Origin: a virus
Taxonomy: Duplodnaviria; Heunggongvirae; Uroviricota; Caudoviricetes
Direction: 5' to 3' (one strand)
Virus record (IMG/VR): IMGVR_UViG_2663763477_000009
Length of the DNA: 42,753 bases
This document shows, piece by piece, positions 28,818 to 37,367 of the stretch. Within the stretch, counting starts at the first letter, position 1. Each line of letters starts with the position of its first letter. Under the pieces are notes generated by a model, which had not been told where the DNA came from, searched no databases, and saw nothing but the letters and a program-made list of their open reading frames with translations. Position numbers and translations under genes: made by a program.

Positions 28818-29819
28818 TTAGTAATCTGCGTGTTTCGCACTTTTCAGAAATGCTTTCATATTTTCATTAGGTCGCTCAATTTCGAAGTTACTTCCATATA
28901 ACTCTTGTAATTTTGGCCATAACTTACTTAATAACCCTCTCCTGCGATAAAATGGATGTATCCAAACGGTAGATAGGTACGGAGAATTTGCATTTGAATT
29001 GTTTATTGTGACCAGCCCAACTAAACATTGTCGATAACCACTATTATCCATTGATTGTATTTCTTCGACGAATGGATACGCGATTACATCAGTCCAACCA
29101 TGATCGGTTGTATCCCATTGCATTCCGTCATGACATTCCTTCGACTGATAGCGGCGTAAAGCTACACACGCGAGCTTTTGCCAATCTGGAGAATTAATTG
29201 TGATCTCTTCATCGTATGACGCGCCTATTGGAGCGGGTATTGGTCTGATTAATCCAGCATGGCATTCATCATAGAACTTCATGTTTCCCTCAGAAACGTT
29301 GTGTACGTTGGGTTGCTCCATGTGTGCGCCATTCAAAAATAGCTCTGATAGTAGTGTATCTACACTGTAATCTTTATTGATTATTGTCGGCTTAGAGTTT
29401 TTCTTATTAAGGCCGCGAGTAACGATTTTTTGATCAATGTTAACAACATGGAATAATCCGTCGGGGAGGCTAGCGAACCACGATGGGGCATCGGACCAGA
29501 ATAGCATGCCTTTTGTACTTCTTAAGAGTTTAATTAAGTTAATACAAGCTTCTTCACTAGTCTTGCCGTTGATGCGAAGTATGTTAGGACTAAAGTAATA
29601 TTCATCCATATCAGGGAATGCAGCTTCGCAAAACTCCTGTACATAATTTAGCACCTGGATTCTACAGAGATCATCATAGCTGGTAATAACTAAGGGGGTA
29701 TCTTCATTACTATTATGATTATCAATAATGCAATCTATAGCGAGACTTACTGCTTTGCGTATCACTTCAGTTGAATCTAACGACTCTAAAAATTTTGTCT
29801 TTCGTGTGCGAATATCCAT
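28818..29819 (-). CDS. Cargo gene B: hypothetical protein with a GNAT-like C-terminal region
   Basis: 333 aa in an AT-rich block; C-terminus VWIHPFYRRRGLLSKLWPKLQELYG resembles the GNAT acetyl-CoA-binding motif; start lies 15 nt after the stop of gene A. Confidence 0.6.
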   Translation of the reverse strand: MDIRTRKTKFLESLDSTEVIRKAVSLAIDCIIDNHNSNEDTPLVITSYDDLCRIQVLNYVQEFCEAAFPDMDEYYFSPNILRINGKTSEEACINLIKLLRSTKGMLFWSDAPSWFASLPDGLFHVVNIDQKIVTRGLNKKNSKPTIINKDYSVDTLLSELFLNGAHMEQPNVHNVSEGNMKFYDECHAGLIRPIPAPIGASYDEEITINSPDWQKLACVALRRYQSKECHDGMQWDTTDHGWTDVIAYPFVEEIQSMDNSGYRQCLVGLVTINNSNANSPYLSTVWIHPFYRRRGLLSKLWPKLQELYGSNFEIERPNENMKAFLKSAKHADY

Positions 29820-29834
29820 GTATGACCTGCGCTA

Positions 29835-30857
29835 TTAAAATTCATGAATGAACGGTTTGTCATCTGGTTGCAAAATGGTGGTTTTATTCGTTGCTACATT
29901 TAAACTGTTGTAGAGCATAATTGCCAGGTTCGATGCATTTTCAATCAGCGTTTCAAGATCCTGGTCTGTAATCACTACGAGGTTCCCTTCTTTATCCTTT
30001 CCACCACGATGCACTAAGTGATTTCGATTGAGGGTTGCCAATTCAATAGCTTCTATCGGACAGTCTTTTTGTACTTTTATATCGAATGTAGCTTCATAGC
30101 GGTCGATTACCTTTTTAGTGCTATGCCAGCTTGCACTGATCAAGTGTTCCTTGATTGACCTGATTAGCTCTCCCCTAATTTTCTCGATGGGTTCACCCTT
30201 GAAAGGCAACGCAGCAATATCTTTGCTTACTTTAAATTCAGTCTTACCTTTTTCTATACAATTGGCTATGTAGACATCATCTTTCTCTATAGAATTAATG
30301 AATAGCTCAACATAAAGCGTTTCCAAAGCTGTAATAACATTCGTGTAGAGCAAACTAAGCAAGTGGTTTTTTTGCTGTTGTTCAGTTTTATCTTTTGCAA
30401 GTTTTTTTATTTTATCGATATTATCAATGAATTTTAAATACGGATTACCGGAAGACGTTACAGCGTCGTAGATATCATCATCGTACCAATCATCTATATT
30501 ATTTGAGTTTCCAGACCAGTCAAAACATTGTGTTTGTAATTCATCTACTAATTCCTCAATATACTCAGATTTAACATATTGACCGAAGATGGATTGTAGT
30601 TCTTCGCTCGCATCATACGGCCCGCCATATATGTAAGCATAGCCACCTTCTCTACTTTCATACGGACAAGCATTTGCCGGATCTTCAAAGTTTTCAAAGA
30701 ACCAGTTTTTCATTACTTCGAGTTGATCTTTTTTGCTTATGTATTTTAAAGATTTTAGTGGAACTTTCTTTCCATTAACCTCGAAAACAATTTTCACGAT
30801 GTAACGCTCCCTTGTATCAATTGCGCAACTATTATACCACAGCGAAATACAGGGCAT
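29835..30857 (-). CDS. Cargo gene A: hypothetical protein with a HEPN-like R-N-x3-H motif near the C-terminus
   Basis: 340 aa from the ATG preceded by AGGAGG; motif LATLNRNHLVHRGG in a helical C-terminal region; AT-rich codon usage unlike the flanking prophage genes. Confidence 0.6.
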   Translation of the reverse strand: MPCISLWYNSCAIDTRERYIVKIVFEVNGKKVPLKSLKYISKKDQLEVMKNWFFENFEDPANACPYESREGGYAYIYGGPYDASEELQSIFGQYVKSEYIEELVDELQTQCFDWSGNSNNIDDWYDDDIYDAVTSSGNPYLKFIDNIDKIKKLAKDKTEQQQKNHLLSLLYTNVITALETLYVELFINSIEKDDVYIANCIEKGKTEFKVSKDIAALPFKGEPIEKIRGELIRSIKEHLISASWHSTKKVIDRYEATFDIKVQKDCPIEAIELATLNRNHLVHRGGKDKEGNLVVITDQDLETLIENASNLAIMLYNSLNVATNKTTILQPDDKPFIHEF

Positions 30858-30995
30858 AACCTGCCTCCTTAAACTAACATACCATGAGCCAGCAATGTCC
30901 GCTATTGGCACAAAGCGGACAACCACGCTAGCTCTCCCCTGTGCCAGAAAAATGTCAATTTACATATGAACTAATGCTCTTTGATCTAGTAACGT

Positions 30996-31412
30996 CTATA
31001 AATACCGAAGATTTCCTTGATAAAATGCCAGTACACGTTTCATAACTTCACTCTTCCGGCACTCGCGACAGATTATGTTCTGACGCCTGTCATAGCGGCG
31101 TATTTCTCCGTCTGGTAATGACCAGATAAGGTCAGGATCAACCACAACCGTTTTTTTCACCTTTGCCCTGGATAGTTTTTTGCGGGCGTTTTTCCAATCC
31201 TTACGAGCCTGTTCAGACGGGAATAACCCATAGCCAGAGTTGTATACATCGCCACTGGCAACCAACTCTCTGGCAAGAATGCTCATCAGATATCTTGTCG
31301 CACCTGTCTTGGCCTCCAGTTGCCTTAACGTCTCGCGCCCACTCTGGCGTACCAACTCAACAACCTGCTCCTTAATTTTTTCACGCTCTTCCTGTGTAAA
31401 AACTTTTGCCAT
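30996..31412 (-). CDS. Hypothetical protein (basic, C-terminal Cys pair)
   Basis: GGAGG RBS before the ATG (MAKVFTQEE...); backbone-like composition; immediately upstream of the AT-rich cargo genes. Confidence 0.45.
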   Translation of the reverse strand: MAKVFTQEEREKIKEQVVELVRQSGRETLRQLEAKTGATRYLMSILARELVASGDVYNSGYGLFPSEQARKDWKNARKKLSRAKVKKTVVVDPDLIWSLPDGEIRRYDRRQNIICRECRKSEVMKRVLAFYQGNLRYL

Positions 31413-31427
31413 AAGCGCCTCCGGCAA

Positions 31428-32189
31428 TCACTTTTCCGACACAATACGACCGGAGGAATCGACAATCTGTCGAACAATATCCCGGTGCTTGTTCAGCTCC
31501 CGCAGCGCGGCGCAGACTCGCTCCCACTTCTGGACATGATTTTTCGCCCGACGCAGTTCGCGGTTTGCCATATGCAGCGATGGTAAAACTAGGTCATCCG
31601 CTTGCGTTTCAGTAAACGATGGCAGCGACTGCACAATGTCCGCCACAGTTTCTGTTTTAATATCTTCCTGTGTTGCCGCTTCCTGTACTGGTAACGCAAC
31701 ACCGGCTGGCTGAGGAAAGGCTTTACCATCAGTTTCCGCTACCGATGCAGCTTTCGGCTCTGCTGGTAAATTATCGCCCGGCATGCAGTAACGAAATTTA
31801 CTGTTCTGGTTTACGCGAATCAGGCGTCCTTTGCTGATTGCCATTGCCAGCGTTGAAGCAACTTTGCGGGATGTTGTACCGAACAGCGTAGCCAGTTCAT
31901 CCGCCGTTTGTGGTCCGCGTTGTTCAATCGTCGCGGTTAAATCGCACTCTGAGATTTTCACTACAGTTGCCGTGGTGGTTTCTTCCGGCAGTTCTGCCTG
32001 CATTGGCTGTTCCTGCTGAACGTTGTTATCAGCCACACGCCAGGTGTACGCGCTTTTATCAACGAAACCAGCTTTTTTCAGTTCCCATAGTTCGTTCAGC
32101 ACTTCTTCACGACTGATATCAAGTCGCGCAGCAAGTTCTATGGATGTGGCTTTTCCCATTGCTTTCAGTGCGTCAAAAACAGTCTCCAT
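31428..32189 (-). CDS. Hypothetical winged-helix-like DNA-binding protein, downstream of the DnaC-like gene
   Basis: GGGAGG RBS before the ATG ([13 protein letters not shown]...); N-terminal HTH-like segment, acidic middle region. Confidence 0.45.
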   Translation of the reverse strand: METVFDALKAMGKATSIELAARLDISREEVLNELWELKKAGFVDKSAYTWRVADNNVQQEQPMQAELPEETTTATVVKISECDLTATIEQRGPQTADELATLFGTTSRKVASTLAMAISKGRLIRVNQNSKFRYCMPGDNLPAEPKAASVAETDGKAFPQPAGVALPVQEAATQEDIKTETVADIVQSLPSFTETQADDLVLPSLHMANRELRRAKNHVQKWERVCAALRELNKHRDIVRQIVDSSGRIVSEK

Positions 32190-32211
32190 AAAAATTTCCT
32201 CCCGGTAAAAA

Positions 32212-32952
32212 TTACTTCTCAATTCCTGGCTGGACGACATTCGGACGCCAGCTCTCCCAGTTAAAATTCACCCAGCGCCCGCCGTTCATGGTCATGCGAT
32301 CCATAATCCGCTCGCCGAGCAATGTTTTCATGGCCTCATAGTTCAGGTTTGTCAGCATCCCCACGCTGCGCATCGACGCTGTCCGGCGATCAACAATCTG
32401 GTGCAGCACCACCTGCTCGTTTTTCGTCTCGCGCTGAATGCCAATTTCATCAAGAACCAGCAGATCCACTTCGCATAGTTCCCGCAAAAATTTTTCGCCT
32501 GACTGCCCATCGTCATAGCTGGCGTGCAGGGCACTCATAACATCAGCCACGGTAACCACAATCACTGTCTGACCGTCTTTCAGCAGGCGATTCCCGATAG
32601 CTGCCGCTAAGTGGTTCTTCCCGGTACCAGGTTTTCCGCTGAACGCAAAATTTGTACACCCGGTCATCAGTTCATCAGCGATGGATTTCGCCTGACTCAA
32701 CGCGTATCGCTGCGCTTCGTTCTGCACCTGGTAATTCGAAAACGAGCATTTGCGGTGCAATGGCTGGATGCCTGAGCGATTCAGAATTTTTTCCACCCGC
32801 AACTGACGATTCTGACGGTTGATCTCCTCACAACGTTTCTGGCCTTCGGAAAGTTGCCACTCGCGCCACTCCGCTACCGTCTTGAATGGCGCGGTTACAT
32901 GTGACGGGGCCAGTCTGCGGATACGTTCAAGAACGTCGCCTGTCGCAATATT
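32212..32952 (-). CDS. ydaV: DnaC-like helicase loader (lambda P functional analogue), YdaV-like
   Basis: Walker [10 protein letters not shown] and Walker B LLVLDEIG; an internal ATG (MKNIATG...) preceded by AGGGGGGAA; C-terminal 246 codons of a continuous 536-codon ORF. Confidence 0.8.
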   Translation of the reverse strand, partial: NIATGDVLERIRRLAPSHVTAPFKTVAEWREWQLSEGQKRCEEINRQNRQLRVEKILNRSGIQPLHRKCSFSNYQVQNEAQRYALSQAKSIADELMTGCTNFAFSGKPGTGKNHLAAAIGNRLLKDGQTVIVVTVADVMSALHASYDDGQSGEKFLRELCEVDLLVLDEIGIQRETKNEQVVLHQIVDRRTASMRSVGMLTNLNYEAMKTLLGERIMDRMTMNGGRWVNFNWESWRPNVVQPGIEK

Positions 32953-33771
32953 TTTCATGGTCCGTTCCCCCCTGAAGCCTGGCGGGATCGCACTGTCCGG
33001 CAACGAGACGGTGTTAACCTGTCGGAGCAACGTCTCAGGTCGAACACCTTTCGGCGCGAACAAGCCCTGGTATTCATTGGCGATGCTGTGTCGAATCACC
33101 TGCTCAGGTGAAAAACCCTGCTGGCGGAATTTTTCCAGCTCCCGTATCGCCCCGTTAGCGCCCTGCTCCGTTCGAATCGGTTTTCGCAATGCCTGGCGAA
33201 ATTCAACCCACTCACGCCAAAGCGAGACAGAAATCCAGTTCGGCAAAGCAATATCCAGAGGGTCAAACTTTTTGACACCTCGATTCCCCCGGGGGGGATT
33301 TAGGGGGGGATCTGTTTTTAGATCTTTATCTGTATCTTTATTAGTTGCCTTTGTGTTGACATCATGTTCAAACACCACTTCAACATCTGTTTGAACACCT
33401 GTTAAATTTCTCTCTTGTTTTGTTTGAACATCTGCTTCCTTTCTGCTTCTTCTGGCCTGAACAGATGCTTTTCCTGCGGCTGATTTTTTGGTTAATTTTT
33501 CCCTGACTGATGCCAGATCTTCCTCAATCCGAAGATGCACCCATTCCTCGCCGTTATCGCAAAAAAACTCCTGCAAGGATGGTTCAACATCAGCCCATCG
33601 CTCGTTAGTCAGACGGGCAATTTTTGCCAGCCTGTTTTTAGGTATTGGCTTTCCTGTTTGCCAGTAATTGAACATCAGCAACAAATACGCACCATGCTCC
33701 TCTGCTGACAAATGCATGGTGTCAGCCAGGTAATCAGCTATGTACAGTTGCATGTATGGTAATGCGGCCAT
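32953..33771 (-). CDS. ydaU: Replication initiation protein (O-like), YdaU-like; reads through into ydaV without a stop in this window
   Basis: N-terminal segment MAALPYMQLYIADYLADTMHLSAEEHGAYLLLM; iteron-like repeats inside its coding region. Confidence 0.7.
33285..33470. repeat. Putative replication origin inside the O-like gene: iteron-like repeats plus C/G homopolymer tracts
   Basis: Three or more copies of TGTTTGAACA and its complement, repeated ATCTG elements, and the tract cccccggggggg-atttag-ggggggg. Confidence 0.45.
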
Positions 33772-33834
33772 AATTGCCCCGTATGATGCTGCCCGGTGGC
33801 TTAGAATAAGCACAAACAGCATGGAAACTTTTGC

Positions 33835-34257
33835 TTAATGAACAATGACAGAATCGTCGGAAGACCCGCCGCCGCTGAAATGCGCTTTCCGGTAAACGGC
33901 TTGGACTGCATCATCATGCGCATCAATTGCCGTACTTAACGCTTCCTGCGCCGCCAGTAATGCACGGCGTTCCAGGGTATCGAAGATGCAGAGTCGGTGA
34001 CGCAGCTCGCGCGGAAGGATTGCCAGAATTGCTGGGATCAGCTTCTGAATTTTTTCTCTTTGCGTTTTCGTTTCACCTTTCAACCAACGGTGATAGATAT
34101 TCTGCTGATTATTCCAGTCCTTGCCTGGTACCAGGGGCAATTCGCCGCCCCCCTGGCGCAGATATTCTTCAGTAATGGCATTGGCTACCCATGCCTGCCC
34201 TTTTTCGGCTGCCAGGGCTAACAACACTGACTCGATGTGCTCATGCTTGATTTTCAT
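33835..34257 (-). CDS. ydaT: YdaT (cII-position protein of the Rac immunity region)
   Basis: 140 aa, matching the remembered YdaT length; directly downstream of ydaS. Confidence 0.75.
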   Translation of the reverse strand: MKIKHEHIESVLLALAAEKGQAWVANAITEEYLRQGGGELPLVPGKDWNNQQNIYHRWLKGETKTQREKIQKLIPAILAILPRELRHRLCIFDTLERRALLAAQEALSTAIDAHDDAVQAVYRKAHFSGGGSSDDSVIVH

Positions 34258-34508
34258 GAATCAACTCCCATCAGCTTTTTCGTAGTAGTTTTATTTCTGC
34301 CAATAGTTAAAATTACATCAGCAGAAAATAATCCGTTTGATGCATGAGCGATTTTTTCAGCGTAATTTGTTTCGCCGGTATATTCTGTGCGAGGCAATTT
34401 TCCGTTATCCATCCATTTGTAGATTGCTCTTTGGCTGACACCACAAACGTCGGCCACAACAGAAACGCGAACAGTTTTGATTACATCTTCAAGTGTTTTC
34501 TGGTTCAT
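34254..34508 (-). CDS. ydaS: YdaS (Cro-like HTH protein)
   Basis: HTH segment VCGVSQRAIYKWMDNG; divergent from racR; start taken as MNQKTLED (the track ORF extends further upstream). Confidence 0.7.
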   Translation of the reverse strand: MNQKTLEDVIKTVRVSVVADVCGVSQRAIYKWMDNGKLPRTEYTGETNYAEKIAHASNGLFSADVILTIGRNKTTTKKLMGVDS

Positions 34509-34569
34509 ATCACCCTCACAATGTGAACTTTGAGTACATGCTATAACAGAACTGACAGTACATTCAAGA
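34509..34569. promoter_or_regulatory. Divergent racR/ydaS promoter-operator region (OR-like)
   Basis: Two direct AGTACAT repeats about 24 bp apart (around 34534 and 34558) in the 60-80 bp between divergent repressor-like and Cro-like genes. Confidence 0.4.
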
Positions 34570-35007
34570 GTGAATATCATTGAACTTATGGTTCATGAAG
34601 ATAAAGCGCGTAAAGAGTTCGCCAGTAGGCTTGCGCTAGCCTGTGAAAACGCTGGTTATGAACAACATGGAAGGCAGGCAGAAATTGCCCGTCGAATGAA
34701 ATTAACACCAAAAGCGGTTAGCAAATGGTTTAATGGCGAAACAATTCCTCGCCGAGAGAAATTAAGGGAATTAGCAACACTCATTGGAACAACACCAACC
34801 TATCTTTTGGGAGAGGATACAGAAGAAAGTGGACAGGTACGTTTCTATCAGGAGTTAAATCCAAGACAAAAAATCATCATTGACCTTCTGGACGAGCTCC
34901 CTGACAGTGAGACAGATGAACTTTTAAAAACTCTTGAGGAGAAAAAACAGAAGTACAATGCAATTTACGAAGAGCTAGCACGAAAGAAAAAACAAAAAGC
35001 CTCTTAA
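34570..35007 (+). CDS. racR: Prophage repressor RacR (cI-like, HTH)
   Basis: HTH segment RQAEIARRMKLTPKAVSKWFNG; divergent from ydaS; the track start is a GTG and the first ATG is 18 nt further in. Confidence 0.75.
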   Translation: MNIIELMVHEDKARKEFASRLALACENAGYEQHGRQAEIARRMKLTPKAVSKWFNGETIPRREKLRELATLIGTTPTYLLGEDTEESGQVRFYQELNPRQKIIIDLLDELPDSETDELLKTLEEKKQKYNAIYEELARKKKQKAS

Positions 35008-35068
35008 ACCAGCATAAATCCGGTAGCGTCCCCCTCCGGGTTTGTGCTTCACTTTATCCCATCTCATT

Positions 35069-35125
35069 TTTTTACACACAAAATGTACTTATAGTACTTT
35101 ACATCAATGAACACAAAGTACATTA
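35069..35125 (+). promoter_or_regulatory. Early-left promoter/operator candidate (OL/PL-like)
   Basis: Cluster of GTAC-centred inverted repeats (AAATGTACTT / AGTACTTTACAT / AAAGTACATT) with TTTACA and TATAGT hexamers, between racR and the rightward early genes. Confidence 0.35.
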
Positions 35126-35297
35126 TATACCTACCAACCCACCCCGCCCCACAGAACGCAGGGCAATACTTCGAGTTACCAGGCAGTGGTCAGGGGTTAA
35201 GTAGCCAGCCCGAGGCGTATGAACATGACGGCAGGGTTCAGATTTTGCAGTGCAGCAGGTTTCAGTTCCGCCACCCGGCGTTAAGGGGAGAGATAAG

Positions 35298-35432
35298 ATG
35301 GTGCATTACGAAGTAGTTCAGTATTTGATGGATTGTTGCGGTATCACTTACAACCAGGCTGTGCAGGCTTTACGCAGCAACGACTGGGATCTCTGGCAGG
35401 CAGAAGTCGCTATACACAGCAACAAGATGTGA
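35298..35432 (+). CDS. Small Rac early protein (YdaF/YdaG family, 44 aa)
   Basis: GGGGAG RBS before the ATG; reads MVHYEVVQYLMDCCGITYNQAVQALRSNDWDLWQAEVAIHSNKM. Confidence 0.5.
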   Translation: MVHYEVVQYLMDCCGITYNQAVQALRSNDWDLWQAEVAIHSNKM

Positions 35433-35442
35433 GATTCGCAAA

Positions 35443-35598
35443 ATGCAAAAAATCGACCTCGGCAACAACGAATCCCTGGTGTGCGGCGTGTTCCCCAACC
35501 AGGATGGAACGTTCACTGCCATGACGTATACCAAAAGCAAAACATTTAAAACCGAAACTGGTGCGCGCCGATGGTTGGAGAAGCACACAGTAAGCTAA
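35443..35598 (+). CDS. Small Rac early protein (YdaF/YdaG family, 51 aa)
   Basis: Reads MQKIDLGNNESLVCGVFPNQDGTFTAMTYTKSKTFKTETGARRWLEKHTVS; below the track cutoff; convergent with sieB. Confidence 0.45.
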   Translation: MQKIDLGNNESLVCGVFPNQDGTFTAMTYTKSKTFKTETGARRWLEKHTVS

Positions 35599-36083
35599 CG
35601 ATTAAAACGTCTACTCCTGCTGTTCCAGAATAACTTCATAAAATGGGAGTATTTTTCGGTGACGAGATAATAAGAACAGTTTGCGCTATCACTCTGATGT
35701 TGAATGATGCCCTTCCGTTCTAATTTTTTCATAACCGGGTTACGGCAAGGAGAAGTGATAATAAGATTTCCTGTTTTAAGGAAATCTTTAAATACAGCGA
35801 TTTCTTTCTCAGATAAACGAAGCAATACTCGTTGCTCTGGTAGTAATGAATAATGCTTTTGAATATGTGCTCGCAATCTTGAGAAGGAAATGGCGACCAC
35901 GAAAGAAAAGGCAAAAACGATAATCTGAAAGAGCCAAGGTATTTCAGTATAAGCATTGAATGCGACAGTAAACTCTTTCGGTATCAGCCAGAGAGTGAGA
36001 CCAAAAATGATAATCGTATACATAAGTATTTCGAGTGGCTCGTTAGCAAAAAGTTTCAACAATGGAGTAAATACATCCAACAT
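35595..36083 (-). CDS. sieB: Superinfection exclusion protein B
   Basis: 162 aa from the internal Met (MLDVFTPLL...), with hydrophobic TM segments; same size and position as Rac SieB. Confidence 0.8.
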   Translation of the reverse strand: MLDVFTPLLKLFANEPLEILMYTIIIFGLTLWLIPKEFTVAFNAYTEIPWLFQIIVFAFSFVVAISFSRLRAHIQKHYSLLPEQRVLLRLSEKEIAVFKDFLKTGNLIITSPCRNPVMKKLERKGIIQHQSDSANCSYYLVTEKYSHFMKLFWNSRSRRFNR

Positions 36084-36524
36084 ATCAATAACTCTCAACT
36101 GTAAGGGTATTGAAATGTTAACACAAGCTCTCGCTGTAGGGGTATAGCCGAGACCACCGAAGCCCGGAGGTGGTGAAATAAAACCGGGCACAACACGAAG
36201 GCGCATTTCCGATATCCATAAAGAGTCGGTCTTGTCTGTTAAATTTAAATGGTGGGAGTGCGCCTCCGGTTGTAAATAACGACATTGCTGTGTGTAGTCC
36301 TGGCGGCATCAGTTTTTTTCTTGAAGTTCGGCTGATGTCCGCCCTTTTTAAAGTGAATTTTGTGATGCGGTGAATGCGGCTAAGCGCACGTGGCACAGTT
36401 AAAAGTCATGTTAGTCCTTATTGGTTTGGGTGGGAAAGCCGACTGTAATTGTTAACTGGTTGCAGTCACCTGGAGGCACCAGGCACCGCATCAACAAAGT
36501 TCATTTGTAAAAATGGAGATAATT

Positions 36525-36746
36525 ATGATTGCACATCACTTCGGAACTGATGAAATACCACGTCAGTGTGTGACTCCTGGCGATTATGTTCTTCATGAAG
36601 GCCGGACATATATTGCCTCGGCAAACAATATTAAAAAGCGAAAACTATATATTCGTAACCTGACCACAAAAACATGCATTACTGACCGCATGATTAAAGT
36701 CTTCCTCGGTCGTGATGGTTTACCTGTAAAGGCGGAGTCATGGTGA
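36525..36746 (+). CDS. kilR: Cell-division inhibitor KilR
   Basis: 73 aa reading [46 protein letters not shown]..., recognised as KilR; its TGA stop overlaps the ydaE ATG. Confidence 0.85.
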   Translation: MIAHHFGTDEIPRQCVTPGDYVLHEGRTYIASANNIKKRKLYIRNLTTKTCITDRMIKVFLGRDGLPVKAESW

Positions 36747-36916
36747 TGACTAAGAAAATAAAATGTGCTTACCACCTTTGCAAAAAAGACGTTGAAGAAA
36801 GCAAAGCTATTGAAAGAATGCTTCACTTCATGCACGGGATTTTATCAAAAGACGAACCGAGAAAATATTGCAGTGAAGCTTGTGCCGAAAAAGACCAGAT
36901 GGCACATGAACTTTAA
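36746..36916 (+). CDS. ydaE: YdaE (small zinc-binding protein)
   Basis: 56 aa reading [56 protein letters not shown]; below the track cutoff. Confidence 0.7.
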   Translation: MTKKIKCAYHLCKKDVEESKAIERMLHFMHGILSKDEPRKYCSEACAEKDQMAHEL

Positions 36917-36990
36917 TTAATTGACTATTCGAAACTGAATTTATGCCAGAAATGGCAGGTATTCGCTCAACCTTAATTAAGGAGAAAAAC

Positions 36991-37266
36991 ATGATTACCA
37001 ATTATGAAGCCACTGTTGTAACTACCGATGACATTGTTCACGAGGTGAATCTGGAAGGAAAGCGCATTGGCTACGTAATTAAAACAGAAAATAAAGAAAC
37101 CCCATTCACTGTGGTTGATATCGATGGTCCATCAGGCAACGTAAAAACACTTGATGAAGGTGTCAAAAAAATGTGCCTGGTGCATATCGGAAAGAATCTG
37201 CCCGCAGAAAAAAAAGCCGAATTTCTGGCAACTCTAATTGCAATGAAATTAAAAGGTGAAATCTGA
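36991..37266 (+). CDS. racC: RacC
   Basis: 91 aa from the ATG after a GGAGAAAA RBS (MITNYEATVVTTDDIVHEV...); directly upstream of recE. Confidence 0.8.
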   Translation: MITNYEATVVTTDDIVHEVNLEGKRIGYVIKTENKETPFTVVDIDGPSGNVKTLDEGVKKMCLVHIGKNLPAEKKAEFLATLIAMKLKGEI

Positions 37267-37367
37267 AAGAAATAGCCTGCGTATGGCGCAGGCTATGAAC
37301 AGTGTGTATCCGGCAAGATCATTCACTGAACAAAACGAATTTTAATCTGAGTTGAGGTTAAAAAACA

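Noticed and set aside
35107-35316. 69-aa plus-strand ORF upstream of the small early genes
   Set aside because: It overlaps the putative OL/PL operator cluster and the start of the next gene in another frame, and has no RBS; the region is better explained as promoter and 5' UTR.
36118-36396. 92-aa minus-strand ORF in the sieB-kilR intergenic region
   Set aside because: No RBS, arginine/serine-rich translation, and it overlaps the probable sieB upstream and kilR promoter region; more likely non-coding regulatory DNA.
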